Assembly: GCA_002431965.1 (NCBI GenBank) | Contig: DJEW01000001.1 | Location: forward strand, 1,504-65,503 | Length of the DNA: 64,000 nucleotides | Reading direction: 5' to 3' | Source of the DNA: Clostridiales bacterium UBA5888 | GTDB lineage: Bacteria; Bacillota; Clostridia; Oscillospirales; Oscillospiraceae | Part shown: piece after piece, positions 37,469 to 47,290 of the stretch | Position numbering within the stretch: position 1 is the stretch's first letter | How the letters are laid out: every line of letters begins with the position of its first letter | Program-made: the position numbers and the translations under genes | The notes under the pieces: model-generated | Databases searched by the model: none | Seen by the model: only the letters and a program-made list of their open reading frames with translations | What the model was told of the DNA's origin: nothing

Positions 37469-39232
37469 ATGGATATTTTCAACGTGCTGACGATGATAGG
37501 CGGGCTGTCGCTTTTCCTGTTTGGCATGAATCTCATGGGGCAGGCGCTGGAGCGGCGCGCGGGCAGCAAGCTGCGCAGCCTGCTGGACAGGATGACAAGC
37601 AATGTGATGATGGGCTTTCTGACGGGGCTTGGCATAACGGCGATAATACAAAGCTCGTCCGCGACGACGGTGATGGTCGTGGGTTTTGTCAACTCCGGGC
37701 TGATGACGCTGCGTCAGGCAATAAACGTTATAATGGGCGCGAACGTCGGCACAACGGTGACAGCGTGGCTTTTGAGCCTGAGCGGTATCGACGGCAGCAG
37801 TCTGTGGATACGCCTTCTGAAGCCGTCCTCCTTCACGCCTGTGCTGGCGCTCATCGGCATCATATTTTATATGTTCTCTTCCGACACGAAGAAAAAAGAC
37901 ACCGGAACAATACTCCTCGGCTTTGCAACGCTGATGTTCGGCATGGAGACGATGAGCGGGGCGGTATCCGGACTGAAGGACGTACCGGGCTTCGTCAACC
38001 TCTTTATCGCTTTTGAAAACCCGGTGCTGGGCATGCTTGCAGGTATGGTGCTCACCGCGATAATCCAGTCCAGCTCCGCATCGGTCGGTATACTTCAGGC
38101 GCTCGCCGCAACGGGAGCGGTCAGCTATGCCGCCGCCATCCCCATCATCATGGGGCAGAACATCGGCACATGCGTCACGGCGATGATCTCCTCCGTCGGC
38201 ACTAATAAAAACGCCCAGCGGGCGGCGGTGGTGCATCTGATGTTCAACGTCATCGGCGTTATCGTGCTGCTGAGCGTATTCTGCATCGTGCGTGCGGTTT
38301 TTGCACCTGCGATACTCGACGAGCACGCGACAATGTACGGCATTGCCATTGCGCATTCCGTTTTCAACATACTCTGCACGGCAATGCTGCTTCCGGCGGG
38401 CAATCTTCTCGAAAAGCTGTCCATACGGCTCGTACCAGACGGGAAGCGCGGGGCGCAGCAGGTCGTCGAGCTGGACGAGCGCCTTCTTGCGACGCCATCG
38501 CTGGCTCTGTCACGCAGCCGCGCAGTCGCCTCTGAAATGGCGGAGATTGCCGTGCGCGCGCTGAAAAACTCCGTGACCGCGATACGCGCGCTCACGCCTG
38601 AGCTGGCGCAGAGCATACGCGACGACGAAAGCCTGTGCGATCATTATGAGGACATAATCGGCACATATCTCGTCAAGCTCAGCGCGCGGCGCATGGGCGA
38701 GGCGGAAAGCGAGGAAGCGACGGAGCTTTTAAAATCCATAGGGGATTTTGAACGCATATCCGACCACGCGGTGAATATTCTCGCCTCGGCCGAAGAAATC
38801 GACGAAAAGAAGCTGACTTTTTCTCCGTCCGCCGAGAGCGAACTTGACGTGCTGTTCGCCGCAATAAAGCGCATACTCGACCTGTCGCTGGATGCGTTTG
38901 AGCGCGGCGACACCGCCGTCGCCGCAGAGGTGGAGCCGCTGGAGCAGGTGATAGACACGCTCAAGGAGCAGATGCGCACGCGGCACATTCTCCGCATGCA
39001 GCAGGGCAATTGCAGCATTGAGGCGGGCTTTGTCTGGTCCGACCTGCTGACGGATCTTGAGCGCACATCCGACCACTGCTCAAACATTGCCGGCTGCGTG
39101 ATCGACGCGGCGCAGCACAACCTCAACCTGCACGAAACCCTGCGCGCCGCGCGCAGCGAGGACGATTGCTTCCGCCGCCGCTTTAAGCACTACGCCCACG
39201 AATACGCCCTTCCAGTTCCCTCCGCGCAGTAA
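37469..39232 (+). CDS. Na/Pi cotransporter family protein with a PhoU-like C-terminal domain
   Basis: N-terminal MDIFNVLTMIGGLSLFLFGMNLMGQALE and QSSSATTVMVVGF repeats, then a helical PhoU-like tail. Confidence 0.85.
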   Translation: MDIFNVLTMIGGLSLFLFGMNLMGQALERRAGSKLRSLLDRMTSNVMMGFLTGLGITAIIQSSSATTVMVVGFVNSGLMTLRQAINVIMGANVGTTVTAWLLSLSGIDGSSLWIRLLKPSSFTPVLALIGIIFYMFSSDTKKKDTGTILLGFATLMFGMETMSGAVSGLKDVPGFVNLFIAFENPVLGMLAGMVLTAIIQSSSASVGILQALAATGAVSYAAAIPIIMGQNIGTCVTAMISSVGTNKNAQRAAVVHLMFNVIGVIVLLSVFCIVRAVFAPAILDEHATMYGIAIAHSVFNILCTAMLLPAGNLLEKLSIRLVPDGKRGAQQVVELDERLLATPSLALSRSRAVASEMAEIAVRALKNSVTAIRALTPELAQSIRDDESLCDHYEDIIGTYLVKLSARRMGEAESEEATELLKSIGDFERISDHAVNILASAEEIDEKKLTFSPSAESELDVLFAAIKRILDLSLDAFERGDTAVAAEVEPLEQVIDTLKEQMRTRHILRMQQGNCSIEAGFVWSDLLTDLERTSDHCSNIAGCVIDAAQHNLNLHETLRAARSEDDCFRRRFKHYAHEYALPVPSAQ

Positions 39233-39249
39233 CATAAGGCGCATGGCAT

Positions 39250-39285
39250 CGCCCCGGCTGTCAAAGCACAGCCGGGGCGGTTTTC
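39250..39285. terminator. terminator between convergent genes
   Basis: cgccccggctgt caaagc acagccggggcg followed by GTTTTCTG. Confidence 0.6.
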
Positions 39286-39289
39286 TGCC

Positions 39290-39907
39290 TTATCTGATGA
39301 AATTCGTATACACCTTCACGTTCTCCGGGTGGACTACGCCGTTTTCCCTGCCCAGCGCGATGCACCGCATAAGCCACGCCATGTTTTTGCCGATATTGTA
39401 CATTGTGGCAAGCCCCTCTTTGTCGCCGGAAACCTCGCCCGGCTGATTGCCGTAAACATGGTTCCAGTACGTGGAGGAAACAACGGGCATGGAATTGATG
39501 GTGAAATACTTATTGATTACATCGAAGGACGCCGTTGTTCCCGCGCGGCGCGCGGAGAGCACCGCCGCGGCAGGCTTGAAGCGCAGCGCATCGCCGCCGG
39601 AATAGAACACCCTGTCCATGAATGACAGCAGCCGCCCGCTCGGATGCGCGTAATACACCGGAGAGCCGAACACAAAGCCGTCCGCTGTGCGGGCTTTCTC
39701 TACAAACGTGTTGACAGAGTCGTCAAAAACGCACCTGTCGTGCTCATGACAAAAGCCGCACGCCGTGCAGTCCGCGATCGGCGTGTTGCCGATGAAAACA
39801 AGCTCAGTCTCCATGCCCTCTGCGTTGAGCGCGCGCTCCACCTCTTTGAGCGCCGCGCCCGTGCAGCCGTTTGCGCGCGAGCTGCCGTTGACCAAAAGAA
39901 CCTTCAT
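39290..39907 (-). CDS. flavodoxin-family NAD(P)H-dependent FMN reductase / iron-sulfur flavoprotein-like
   Basis: MKVLLVNGSSRANGCT start, a CTACGFCHEHDRC Cys motif, and FGSPVYY. Confidence 0.75.
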   Translation of the reverse strand: MKVLLVNGSSRANGCTGAALKEVERALNAEGMETELVFIGNTPIADCTACGFCHEHDRCVFDDSVNTFVEKARTADGFVFGSPVYYAHPSGRLLSFMDRVFYSGGDALRFKPAAAVLSARRAGTTASFDVINKYFTINSMPVVSSTYWNHVYGNQPGEVSGDKEGLATMYNIGKNMAWLMRCIALGRENGVVHPENVKVYTNFIR

Positions 39908-40224
39908 AGGATAACCCTCCTCTATTTTATATAAAAACAGTATACCACTTTGCAGCTTTTTTTGAAATACTGTTCACGCAGCAGGCTCAGCAAGATTCCA
40001 TGGTATTCCTCCTTATGTGAGCGCTCTCACATATATAGACGCATTTCCCGGGGAAAACCTTACACGGATTTTCGCCAGATGCCGCAGGCGTATTGCACGG
40101 CGCTGCCTTGCTTCTTTTTTTGATCATAACATGGGCTTTTTATCCTTGATATAAAAGTTTTGCTGTGTTAAAATAATTTGTCTTATTATCAGATCATCCG
40201 GGGCTGTAATGCCTTGACCCCGGC

Positions 40225-41670
40225 ATGAAACATTATTTCCGGCAAAGGCGGGTGAAGTCAGTGGCAGACAAAAACGAAAACAAAATACTGGACTTCGATA
40301 CCATACAGGAGAAGCGCACGGACGAGCTGATGGAGCTGCTCGACAAGCGCGACATGAAGCAGCTTCAGCGGCGCATGGAGGAAATGAACGAATTCGACGT
40401 TGCGGAATTCCTCTCGGAGCTTGACAGCAGCCGCATGCCGATGGTGTTCAGGCTGCTCTCAAAGGAGACCGCAGCGGAGGTTTTCGCCAACTTTGACGCG
40501 CCCGAGCAGGAAGAGATCATCAACTCCATCACCGATTCCGAGCTTGCCGGGATCATGGACGAAATGTACGTTGACGACGCGGTGGACATGATGGAGGAGC
40601 TGCCTGCAAACGTCGTCAAGCGCGCAATGCGCACCGCGACCCCCGCCACGCGCAATCTGATCAACCAGTACCTCCGTTATCCCGACAACTCCGCAGGCAG
40701 CATAATGACGGCGGAATTCATCGATTTGAAAAAATACATGAGCGTGAAGGAATCGCTCGCGCGGATACGCCGCATCGGCGAGGACAAGGAAACGATCTAC
40801 GTGTGCTTTGTCATCTCTGCCGACCGCAAGCTCGAGGGCATCGTCACGGTGAAGGATCTGCTGCTGGCAGACGACGACACCATCATTGAAGACCTCATGG
40901 ACAGAAACGTCATCTTCGCCTCGACGACGGAGGATCAGGAGAGCGTGTCGGAGAAATTCTCCGATTATGACCTGATGGCGCTTCCGGTCGTGGACAAGGA
41001 AGGGCGGCTCGTCGGCATCGTCACGGTTGACGACATCATCGACGTTATGGAGCAGGAGACGACCGAGGACTTTGAGATCATGGCCGGTATGACGCCGTCC
41101 GACAAGCCCTATTCGCGCACAAGCATTTTCGAGATGTGGAAAAACCGCATCCCATGGCTGATGTTCCTCATGCTCTCCGCGACGTTCACAAGCATGATCC
41201 TAACGGATTTTGAGAACATACTCGCCGCGCAGGCGGGGCTCGTCGCGTTCATCCCGATGCTCATGGGCACGGGCGGCAACTCCGGCGCGCAGGCCTCCAC
41301 CGCCGTCATTCGTTCGCTCTCTCTGGGCGATACCGAGCCGCGCGACGTGCTGCGCGTGATGTGGAAGGAATGGCGCGTGTCGCTCATCTGCGGGCTGACG
41401 CTGGCAGTCGTGAACTTTGTGAAGATGCTGCTGGTTGACGGTCTTCTGCTGCAAAACGCAAATGTGACCGTCGCTGTCGCAGCAACCGTCAGTCTCTCCA
41501 TCATCTTCATCGTTATGTTCGCCAAGGTCGTGGGCAGCGCTCTGCCCATAGCGGCGGAAAAGATAGGCGTTGACCCCGCCGTCATGTCAAATCCGCTGAT
41601 CTCCACGCTGACTGACGCGGTGTCGCTGCTGATATATATTTACGTCGCCAAGCTCATGCTGCATATATAA
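40225..41670 (+). CDS. mgtE: magnesium transporter MgtE
   Basis: N-terminal MgtE_N-like region, a CBS pair (..IYVCFVISADRKLEGIVTVKDLL.., ..ALPVVDKEGRLVGIVTVDDII..), and a TM domain with GTGGNSGAQAST. The start is uncertain (ATG at 40225 or GTG at 40261). Confidence 0.88.
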   Translation: MKHYFRQRRVKSVADKNENKILDFDTIQEKRTDELMELLDKRDMKQLQRRMEEMNEFDVAEFLSELDSSRMPMVFRLLSKETAAEVFANFDAPEQEEIINSITDSELAGIMDEMYVDDAVDMMEELPANVVKRAMRTATPATRNLINQYLRYPDNSAGSIMTAEFIDLKKYMSVKESLARIRRIGEDKETIYVCFVISADRKLEGIVTVKDLLLADDDTIIEDLMDRNVIFASTTEDQESVSEKFSDYDLMALPVVDKEGRLVGIVTVDDIIDVMEQETTEDFEIMAGMTPSDKPYSRTSIFEMWKNRIPWLMFLMLSATFTSMILTDFENILAAQAGLVAFIPMLMGTGGNSGAQASTAVIRSLSLGDTEPRDVLRVMWKEWRVSLICGLTLAVVNFVKMLLVDGLLLQNANVTVAVAATVSLSIIFIVMFAKVVGSALPIAAEKIGVDPAVMSNPLISTLTDAVSLLIYIYVAKLMLHI

Positions 41671-41703
41671 TAATGCGGCAATTGCCTTACCCGGAGGACC
41701 TAC

Positions 41704-42630
41704 ATGGATCTTATGAGCCTTATTTCCAAAATGATAACATTTATCGCGCTGATGCTGGTGGGCTATGTCGGCGCCCGGCGCAGGCTGTTCGACGGCGCTT
41801 TCGCCCGGTCGCTATCGCAGCTTGTGATGAACGTTTTTCTCACATGCACCGTCATCAATTCCGTTCTCTCCGAGCGTCCCGAGTTTTACGGCGGTCAGCT
41901 TCTGCACGTGCTGCTCATGCTGACGCTTGCTATGCTGATCACCTACTGCGGCGCGGCGGCGTGCACAAGGCTTTTTCGCATAAAGGGCGTCAACGCCCCG
42001 GTGTTTGAGCTTCTTGCCGGCGTGCCGAACAATATGTTTATCGGGCTTCCCCTTCTGCAGGGGCTTTACGGCACAACGGCGGTGCTCTACTGCGCGCTCA
42101 GCTGCATTCCGTTCAACGTGCTGTTTTACTCCTATGGCGTGTGGCGGCTCAAGAGCTGCAAGGAGCTTACCGGCGGCGGCATCCGTGTGCAGGATGTGCT
42201 GACGGTACCGTTTGCTGCCACGCTTGTCGCGCTCGTCATCTTTATTTTAGACATCAGCCTTCCAACGGTTCTGACCGATCTTATAAGCTCCGCCTCCGCT
42301 GCGACAATGCCCTTATCTATGATCGTCATCGGCGCAACGCTCGGCGGCATACCGCTGACGGAAGCATTCCGCGAAAAGCAGGTATACCTTCTCTGCGCAC
42401 TGCGCCTTGCCGTGCTGCCCGCGATCGCGTGGCTCATTCTCGGCGCACTGACGCAGAACGCGCTGCTGCTCAAGACCTGCGTGATACTCGCGGCGTGCCC
42501 CAGCGCCGTCGTGGTGACGGTGCTGGCGCTGCAATATGACTACGACGCTTCGTTCTCCTCCAAGGGCATACTTGTCACAACGGTGCTGAGCATGATAACG
42601 CTGCCTGTCTGGGCGCTCATCCTCGGCTGA
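41704..42630 (+). CDS. AEC (auxin efflux carrier) family transporter
   Basis: 308 aa with about 10 hydrophobic segments and AEC-like termini. Confidence 0.7.
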   Translation: MDLMSLISKMITFIALMLVGYVGARRRLFDGAFARSLSQLVMNVFLTCTVINSVLSERPEFYGGQLLHVLLMLTLAMLITYCGAAACTRLFRIKGVNAPVFELLAGVPNNMFIGLPLLQGLYGTTAVLYCALSCIPFNVLFYSYGVWRLKSCKELTGGGIRVQDVLTVPFAATLVALVIFILDISLPTVLTDLISSASAATMPLSMIVIGATLGGIPLTEAFREKQVYLLCALRLAVLPAIAWLILGALTQNALLLKTCVILAACPSAVVVTVLALQYDYDASFSSKGILVTTVLSMITLPVWALILG

Positions 42631-42644
42631 GGGGGTGGAAGCAT

Positions 42645-43265
42645 ATGCATATTCCAAGCGGCGCGAGCCAGACGGTCGAGCTTCTGGGCTTTGACGATGC
42701 GCTCGCCCTCTCCGGCAGATCCGGGGAGTACGACAGCAAGAAGTGGCTCTATGTGCCGGACTTCTATACTGAGTACCGTTATATACTCGGCACGCGCGGG
42801 GAAAACCCGCTCATCTGCATCGGCATCAACCCCTCCACCGCAGCGCCCGATGCTCTTGACAACACGCTCAAGTCCGTTGCGCGCATTGCCGCGGGCAACG
42901 GATACGACAGCTGGATAATGTTCAACGTCTACGCCCAGCGCGCCACGCGCCCGGATGACATGGACGTCACGAAAAACGGGCGTCTGCACGCGGAGAATAT
43001 GCGTGCGTTTGAATACATACTCAGCGCCGTTTCCGCCGCAGGGTACTCCCCCGCTATCTGGGCGGCATGGGGAACGATAATCGAAAAGCGCGCCTATCTG
43101 CCCGGCTGTGTGCGGGATATGGTCGCGCTGGGCAAAAAATACGGCGGGCACTGGCTTTGCGCCGGAAAATGCTCCGTCAAGGGGCACCCGCACCACCCGC
43201 TGTACCTGCGCAGGGATGAAAAGACAGCGGAATTTGATATTGAAAGGTATCTTGATTTGCTATGA
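42645..43265 (+). CDS. DUF1643-like protein
   Basis: RYILGTRGENPLICIGINPSTAAPDALDNTLKSV ... HPLYL. The family name is from memory. Coupled to the next gene by an ATGA overlap. Confidence 0.5.
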   Translation: MHIPSGASQTVELLGFDDALALSGRSGEYDSKKWLYVPDFYTEYRYILGTRGENPLICIGINPSTAAPDALDNTLKSVARIAAGNGYDSWIMFNVYAQRATRPDDMDVTKNGRLHAENMRAFEYILSAVSAAGYSPAIWAAWGTIIEKRAYLPGCVRDMVALGKKYGGHWLCAGKCSVKGHPHHPLYLRRDEKTAEFDIERYLDLL

Positions 43266-44080
43266 ACACTGTGAAAATCGCCGCGCTGCAGATAAGAACG
43301 GAGCTGGATCAGGACGCGACCCTTGAGAAGGCCGGGCGCATGGTGCGCGAGGCGGCGCAAAACGGCGCGCAGATCGCCGTACTGCCGGAAATGTTCAACT
43401 GTCCGTACTCCCGGCACTACTTCCGCCCAATCGCTCATCTCGGTCATGAAAAGACCGTCACCGCCATGTCCCGATGGGCGCGGGATAACTCCGTGCTGAT
43501 TGTCGGCGGCTCTATCCCGGAGACCGACGGCGAAAATATATATAACACATGCTTCGTCTTTGACGAACAGGGGCGGCAGCTCGCGCGGCATCGCAAGGTG
43601 CATCTTTTCGATGTGGACATTCCCGGCATGCGCTTCAGCGAGTCTGCAACATTCACCCCTGGCAATGAGATAACGGTCTTCGACACGAAGTACGGCAAGA
43701 TGGGGGCTGCTGTGTGCTTTGACGTGCGCTTTCCCGAGCTTTTCCGCGCCATGGCAGAGCGCGGGGCGCAGGTTGCCTTCCTGCCCGCGCAGTTCAACAC
43801 CGCCACAGGTCCCTCCCACTGGGAAATGTCGCTGCAATCGCGCGCTGTGGATAACGAATTCTTTGTCGTCGGCGCGTCTGCTGCGCGATACGAAGGCTTC
43901 GACTACGAGTGCTGGGGGCACTCCACGGTGTGCGACCCGTTCGGAACGGTGCTCGACACCTGCGATGAGCGCGAGCAGATACTGTATTCCACCATTGATC
44001 TTGACCGTGTGGACGAGGTGCGCCGCCAGCTGCCGACGTTCCTTCACCTGCGGCGCGACGTATATGCGGTGGCGGAATGA
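43262..44080 (+). CDS. carbon-nitrogen hydrolase (nitrilase superfamily, omega-amidase-like)
   Basis: Glu-Lys-Cys triad contexts LPEMFN, HRKVHLFD and GAAVCFDVRFPEL. Confidence 0.85.
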   Translation: MNTVKIAALQIRTELDQDATLEKAGRMVREAAQNGAQIAVLPEMFNCPYSRHYFRPIAHLGHEKTVTAMSRWARDNSVLIVGGSIPETDGENIYNTCFVFDEQGRQLARHRKVHLFDVDIPGMRFSESATFTPGNEITVFDTKYGKMGAAVCFDVRFPELFRAMAERGAQVAFLPAQFNTATGPSHWEMSLQSRAVDNEFFVVGASAARYEGFDYECWGHSTVCDPFGTVLDTCDEREQILYSTIDLDRVDEVRRQLPTFLHLRRDVYAVAE

Positions 44081-44685
44081 TAACAGACGATATTCTCGCC
44101 TACCGCCCCTGCTGCGAGCAGGAGACGCGCGACAAGGCTGTAATTCTGGATTTTCTCGCAAAAAATGACGACGCTTTTCTCCGCACCAATCTCATCGCGC
44201 ATATGACAGCCTCCGCATGGGTCGTCGATGGCGAGCGTGAGCATGTGCTGATGGTGTATCACAACATATACGATTCCTGGTCATGGACGGGCGGTCACGC
44301 CGACGGCGAGCGGGATCTTCTCTCCGTCGCGCTGCGCGAGGTGCGCGAGGAGACCGGAGTGCAGCATGTGCGCCCCGTGACGGAGGATATTTTCTCGCTC
44401 GAAGTGCTGACCGTTGACGGGCACGAAAAGCGCGGGGAATACGTTCCAAGTCATCTGCATTTGAACATCACCTACCTTCTTGAGGCGGACAGGCGAGACA
44501 CGCTGCACATATGCGCCTCGGAAAACAGCGGCGTGCGCTGGTTCACGCCGGAGGATGCTCTCAAAGCGTCGAGCGAGCCGTGGTTTGTCGAGCGGATATA
44601 TAAAAAGCTCAATGCAAAGCTCTCGGCATATGTGAAGGATGAGAGCAATGATCATCATCTTCGCCGCGTTCATCTGCAGCTATAA
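44077..44685 (+). CDS. NUDIX hydrolase
   Basis: Nudix box GGHADGERDLLSVALREVREETGV. ATGA overlap with the upstream gene. Confidence 0.85.
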   Translation: MITDDILAYRPCCEQETRDKAVILDFLAKNDDAFLRTNLIAHMTASAWVVDGEREHVLMVYHNIYDSWSWTGGHADGERDLLSVALREVREETGVQHVRPVTEDIFSLEVLTVDGHEKRGEYVPSHLHLNITYLLEADRRDTLHICASENSGVRWFTPEDALKASSEPWFVERIYKKLNAKLSAYVKDESNDHHLRRVHLQL

Positions 44686-44771
44686 CTCTGCGCTCACCGG
44701 GCGCATAAATGGCGTGATAATCGTCTGCCCCGCCAATCTCCGCCAGAGCTGACGAAAGGAGAAAATTGCAT

Positions 44772-45296
44772 ATGCAGAATATTCTTATTGTCGTTGATAT
44801 GCAGAACGACTTTATAACCGGTGCGCTCGGCACAAAGGAGGCGCAAGCCGTTGTTCCAAAAGTCGCCGAGAAGATACGCGGCTTTTCCGGGCGCGTCATT
44901 TTCACGCGCGACACTCATTTTGAAAACTACCTCTCCACGCAGGAGGGGCGTATGCTGCCCGTGCCGCATTGCATAAAGGGCACGGACGGATGGCAGCTAT
45001 GCCCGGAGATGCAGGCGCTGTGCACCGAGCCGCCAATTGACAAGCCCACTTTCGGCAGTTATACCCTCGGCGAGCTGCTGTCCGTGGCGAATGTGCGCGA
45101 GCCTGTCGGCAGCGTCACGCTCGTGGGGCTGTGCACGGACATATGCGTCATCTCCAACGCCCTGCTCATCAAGGCGTTTTTGCCAGAGGTCGAAGTGCAT
45201 GTGGACGCAGCATGCTGCGCCGGCGTCACGCCGGAAAGCCACCGCACCGCCCTTGCCGCAATGAAACCCTGCCAGATAATTATCGATAATGAGTAA
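44772..45296 (+). CDS. isochorismatase-family cysteine hydrolase (nicotinamidase-like)
   Basis: IVVDMQNDF and LVGLCTDICV motifs. ATG at 44772 after AAGGAGAAAA. Confidence 0.8.
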   Translation: MQNILIVVDMQNDFITGALGTKEAQAVVPKVAEKIRGFSGRVIFTRDTHFENYLSTQEGRMLPVPHCIKGTDGWQLCPEMQALCTEPPIDKPTFGSYTLGELLSVANVREPVGSVTLVGLCTDICVISNALLIKAFLPEVEVHVDAACCAGVTPESHRTALAAMKPCQIIIDNE

Positions 45297-45301
45297 AATG
45301 G

Positions 45302-45341
45302 CACAGCTCCGTTTCCGCCCTGCGGCGAAAACGGAGCTGTG
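45302..45341. terminator. hairpin shared by the isochorismatase gene (+) and tmRNA (-)
   Basis: cacagctccgttt-N14-aaacggagctgtg with perfect 13-bp arms. Confidence 0.55.
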
Positions 45342-45357
45342 CCGATTTATTATGGTG

Positions 45358-45707
45358 TGGTGGAGGCGAGGGGAGTTGAACCCCTGTCCGAAAGCGTTTT
45401 GACAGCAACTTCTCCGGGCGCAGACGGTTATTTGCATTCCCTTGCCCCGGCGCGAACCGTCACGCTCCGCGGCTTGGTAGCTTCATTATGCGTGGCGCGC
45501 TCAAAGCTTTGCGCGCTCACGTTCACCACTGATCGACGCCCCGTCCCGAGCCGTGGTACTCTCAGGCGGAACGCTCGCTAATTAAGCAGCGAGAAGAACG
45601 GTATCGTTGTCGTTCTTTAATTTATAAGGTTTGCCCGTTTTATGGATGTCAGGCGCATCCGCCCGCTATTCCTGCCTCCGCACCCCCGTCGAAACCGTTA
45701 CGCCCCC
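45358..45707 (-). ncRNA. ssrA: tmRNA (SsrA)
   Basis: On the minus strand the 5' end is GGGGGCGTAACGGTTTCGACGGGGG and the 3' end is GGGGTTCAACTCCCCTCGCCTCCACCA. An internal tag frame ends ...AAG AAC GAC AAC GAT ACC GTT CTT CTC GCT GCT TAA. smpB is nearby. Confidence 0.9.
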
Positions 45708-45756
45708 ATGGGCAGACCTCATGAGCGAGGTCTGCGGAGTCTGAAATATAATATGC

Positions 45757-46275
45757 TTATGCCTTCTCAGGCTCGGGATACTCAACGCCAAATGTCTCTA
45801 CCGTGATCTTCTTCATGACCTGCGGCGTTTTGGGGCGGTCGTTATAGTCCGTGCGTACCTCGCAGATACGGTCAACAGCCTCTATGCCCTCCGTCACCTT
45901 GCCGAACGCCGCATACTGCCCGTCGAGATGAGGGGAGTTCTCGTGCATGATGAAAAACTGGCTGCCGGCAGAGTTTGGCGCCATGGTGCGCGCCATTGAG
46001 AGCACGCCGCGATCATGTTTAAGGTCGTTTTTGAAGCCGTTAGCAGTGAATTCGCCCTTGATGGAATACCCTGGACCGCCCATACCGCTGCCCTTGGGGT
46101 CGCCCCCCTGTATCATGAAGCCGGGAATAACGCGGTGGAAAATAAGCCCGTCATAAAAGCCCTTGTTGACAAGGGAAATAAAATTGTTGACGGTATTGGG
46201 TGCTGTCTCCGGATAAAGCTCCGCCTTTATGACGTCGCCATTTTCCAATTCAAACGTAACAACAGGATTGCTCAT
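45757..46275 (-). CDS. ppiB: peptidyl-prolyl cis-trans isomerase, cyclophilin type
   Basis: [15 protein letters not shown] and [17 protein letters not shown] motifs. Confidence 0.9.
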   Translation of the reverse strand: MSNPVVTFELENGDVIKAELYPETAPNTVNNFISLVNKGFYDGLIFHRVIPGFMIQGGDPKGSGMGGPGYSIKGEFTANGFKNDLKHDRGVLSMARTMAPNSAGSQFFIMHENSPHLDGQYAAFGKVTEGIEAVDRICEVRTDYNDRPKTPQVMKKITVETFGVEYPEPEKA

Positions 46276-46748
46276 TGGTAATTCCTTTCTTTCATCATTC
46301 TGTCTATATCGCGCTTCGACTGGCGTTCAGCCTCGCTGTCGCGCTTATCGTGAAGCTTCTTGCCCTTGCACAGCCCGAGCTCGACCTTGACACGGCTGTC
46401 CTTGAAGTACAGCGAGAGGGGGATGAGCGCGACGCCGTCCTGCATGACGCGGGAGTTGAGCTTTGTTATCTCGCGCTTGTGCATGAGCAGGCGGCGCGGA
46501 CGCACCGGGTCGCGGTTGAAAATATTCCCCTGCTCATAAGGGGATATGTGCATGCCTCTGACAAAAAGCTCACCGTTTTTTACAGTGCAGAACGCATCCT
46601 TGAGATTGACGTTGCCCGCGCGGATTGATTTGACCTCCGTCCCGGCAAGCTCAATGCCCGCCTCAAAGCGCTCCAGCACAAAGTACTCATGAAAAGCCTT
46701 GCGGTTGCTCGTTATCTCCTTTATGCCCTGCTGCTTCGGCACGTGCAT
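46272..46748 (-). CDS. smpB: SsrA-binding protein SmpB
   Basis: [33 protein letters not shown] overlap with ppiB. Start set at the ATG at 46748. Confidence 0.9.
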   Translation of the reverse strand: MHVPKQQGIKEITSNRKAFHEYFVLERFEAGIELAGTEVKSIRAGNVNLKDAFCTVKNGELFVRGMHISPYEQGNIFNRDPVRPRRLLMHKREITKLNSRVMQDGVALIPLSLYFKDSRVKVELGLCKGKKLHDKRDSEAERQSKRDIDRMMKERNYQ

Positions 46749-46888
46749 CTCACTTCCTCTCATTCATACGGTATTTTACCACACGGCGCAGGAAAATAAA
46801 AGCCTAAATTGTGAACATCCGCCGCGGATGCACGCACAGTTTGATTTGGGTTGAATTATATGAAGATTTGAGGTGAAACAAAATTGAA

Positions 46889-47207
46889 ATGGTGATAACG
46901 AAGGTGCTGCCGAAAAACAGCGTGCAGAGCGGCAAGCTGCCGCATGAGGTGCTTGAGGAGGTAATCGCCCAGCTCTGCGCAAATAACCCCGCCGATATGT
47001 TTGTCACGATGTGGCTTGGCGTAGTTGAGATCTCCACGGGGCGGCTCATCTGCGCGAACGCGGGGCATGAATATCCGGCACAGCGGCAGTGCCGTGGGAG
47101 CGCTTCTGCCGGATCTAAAGGCGGATCTGGACGCATTCGTTGCAGGCGCGCCGCAGTTCGACGATATTACAATGCCGGCAATGCGCTACAACGGAGCGAA
47201 GAAGTAA
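46889..47207 (+). pseudogene. relic of a PP2C/SpoIIE-family serine phosphatase (N-terminally truncated, internally deleted and frameshifted)
   Basis: Frame A reads ...ADMFVTMWLGVVEISTGRLICANAGHEYPA and then degenerates. Frame B (47025..47207) ends ...DLDAFVAGAPQFDDITMPAMRYNGAKK*. The catalytic region between these two conserved blocks is missing. Confidence 0.55.
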
Positions 47208-47223
47208 ATATTACGGCACAAAT

Positions 47224-47256
47224 GCAGGAGCGCCGTCCGATTGGGCGCGCTCCTGC
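47224..47256. terminator. hairpin between the relic and the convergent flavoprotein gene
   Basis: gcaggagcgc-N13-gcgctcctgc. Confidence 0.45.
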
Positions 47257-47290
47257 GTTGACTATATTCGATTTTGGAATCTCGCTGAGT

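Noticed and set aside
39960-40224. Possible M-box (Mg2+) riboswitch upstream of mgtE.
   Set aside because: Short stretches (TTATGTGAGCGCTC, ATAGACGC) and a T7 run at about 40122 loosely recall the ykoK leader. However, the region is too short for a full M-box, I could not fold the conserved helices, and the terminator stem is weak. It needs an Infernal search with RF00380, and I do not call it.
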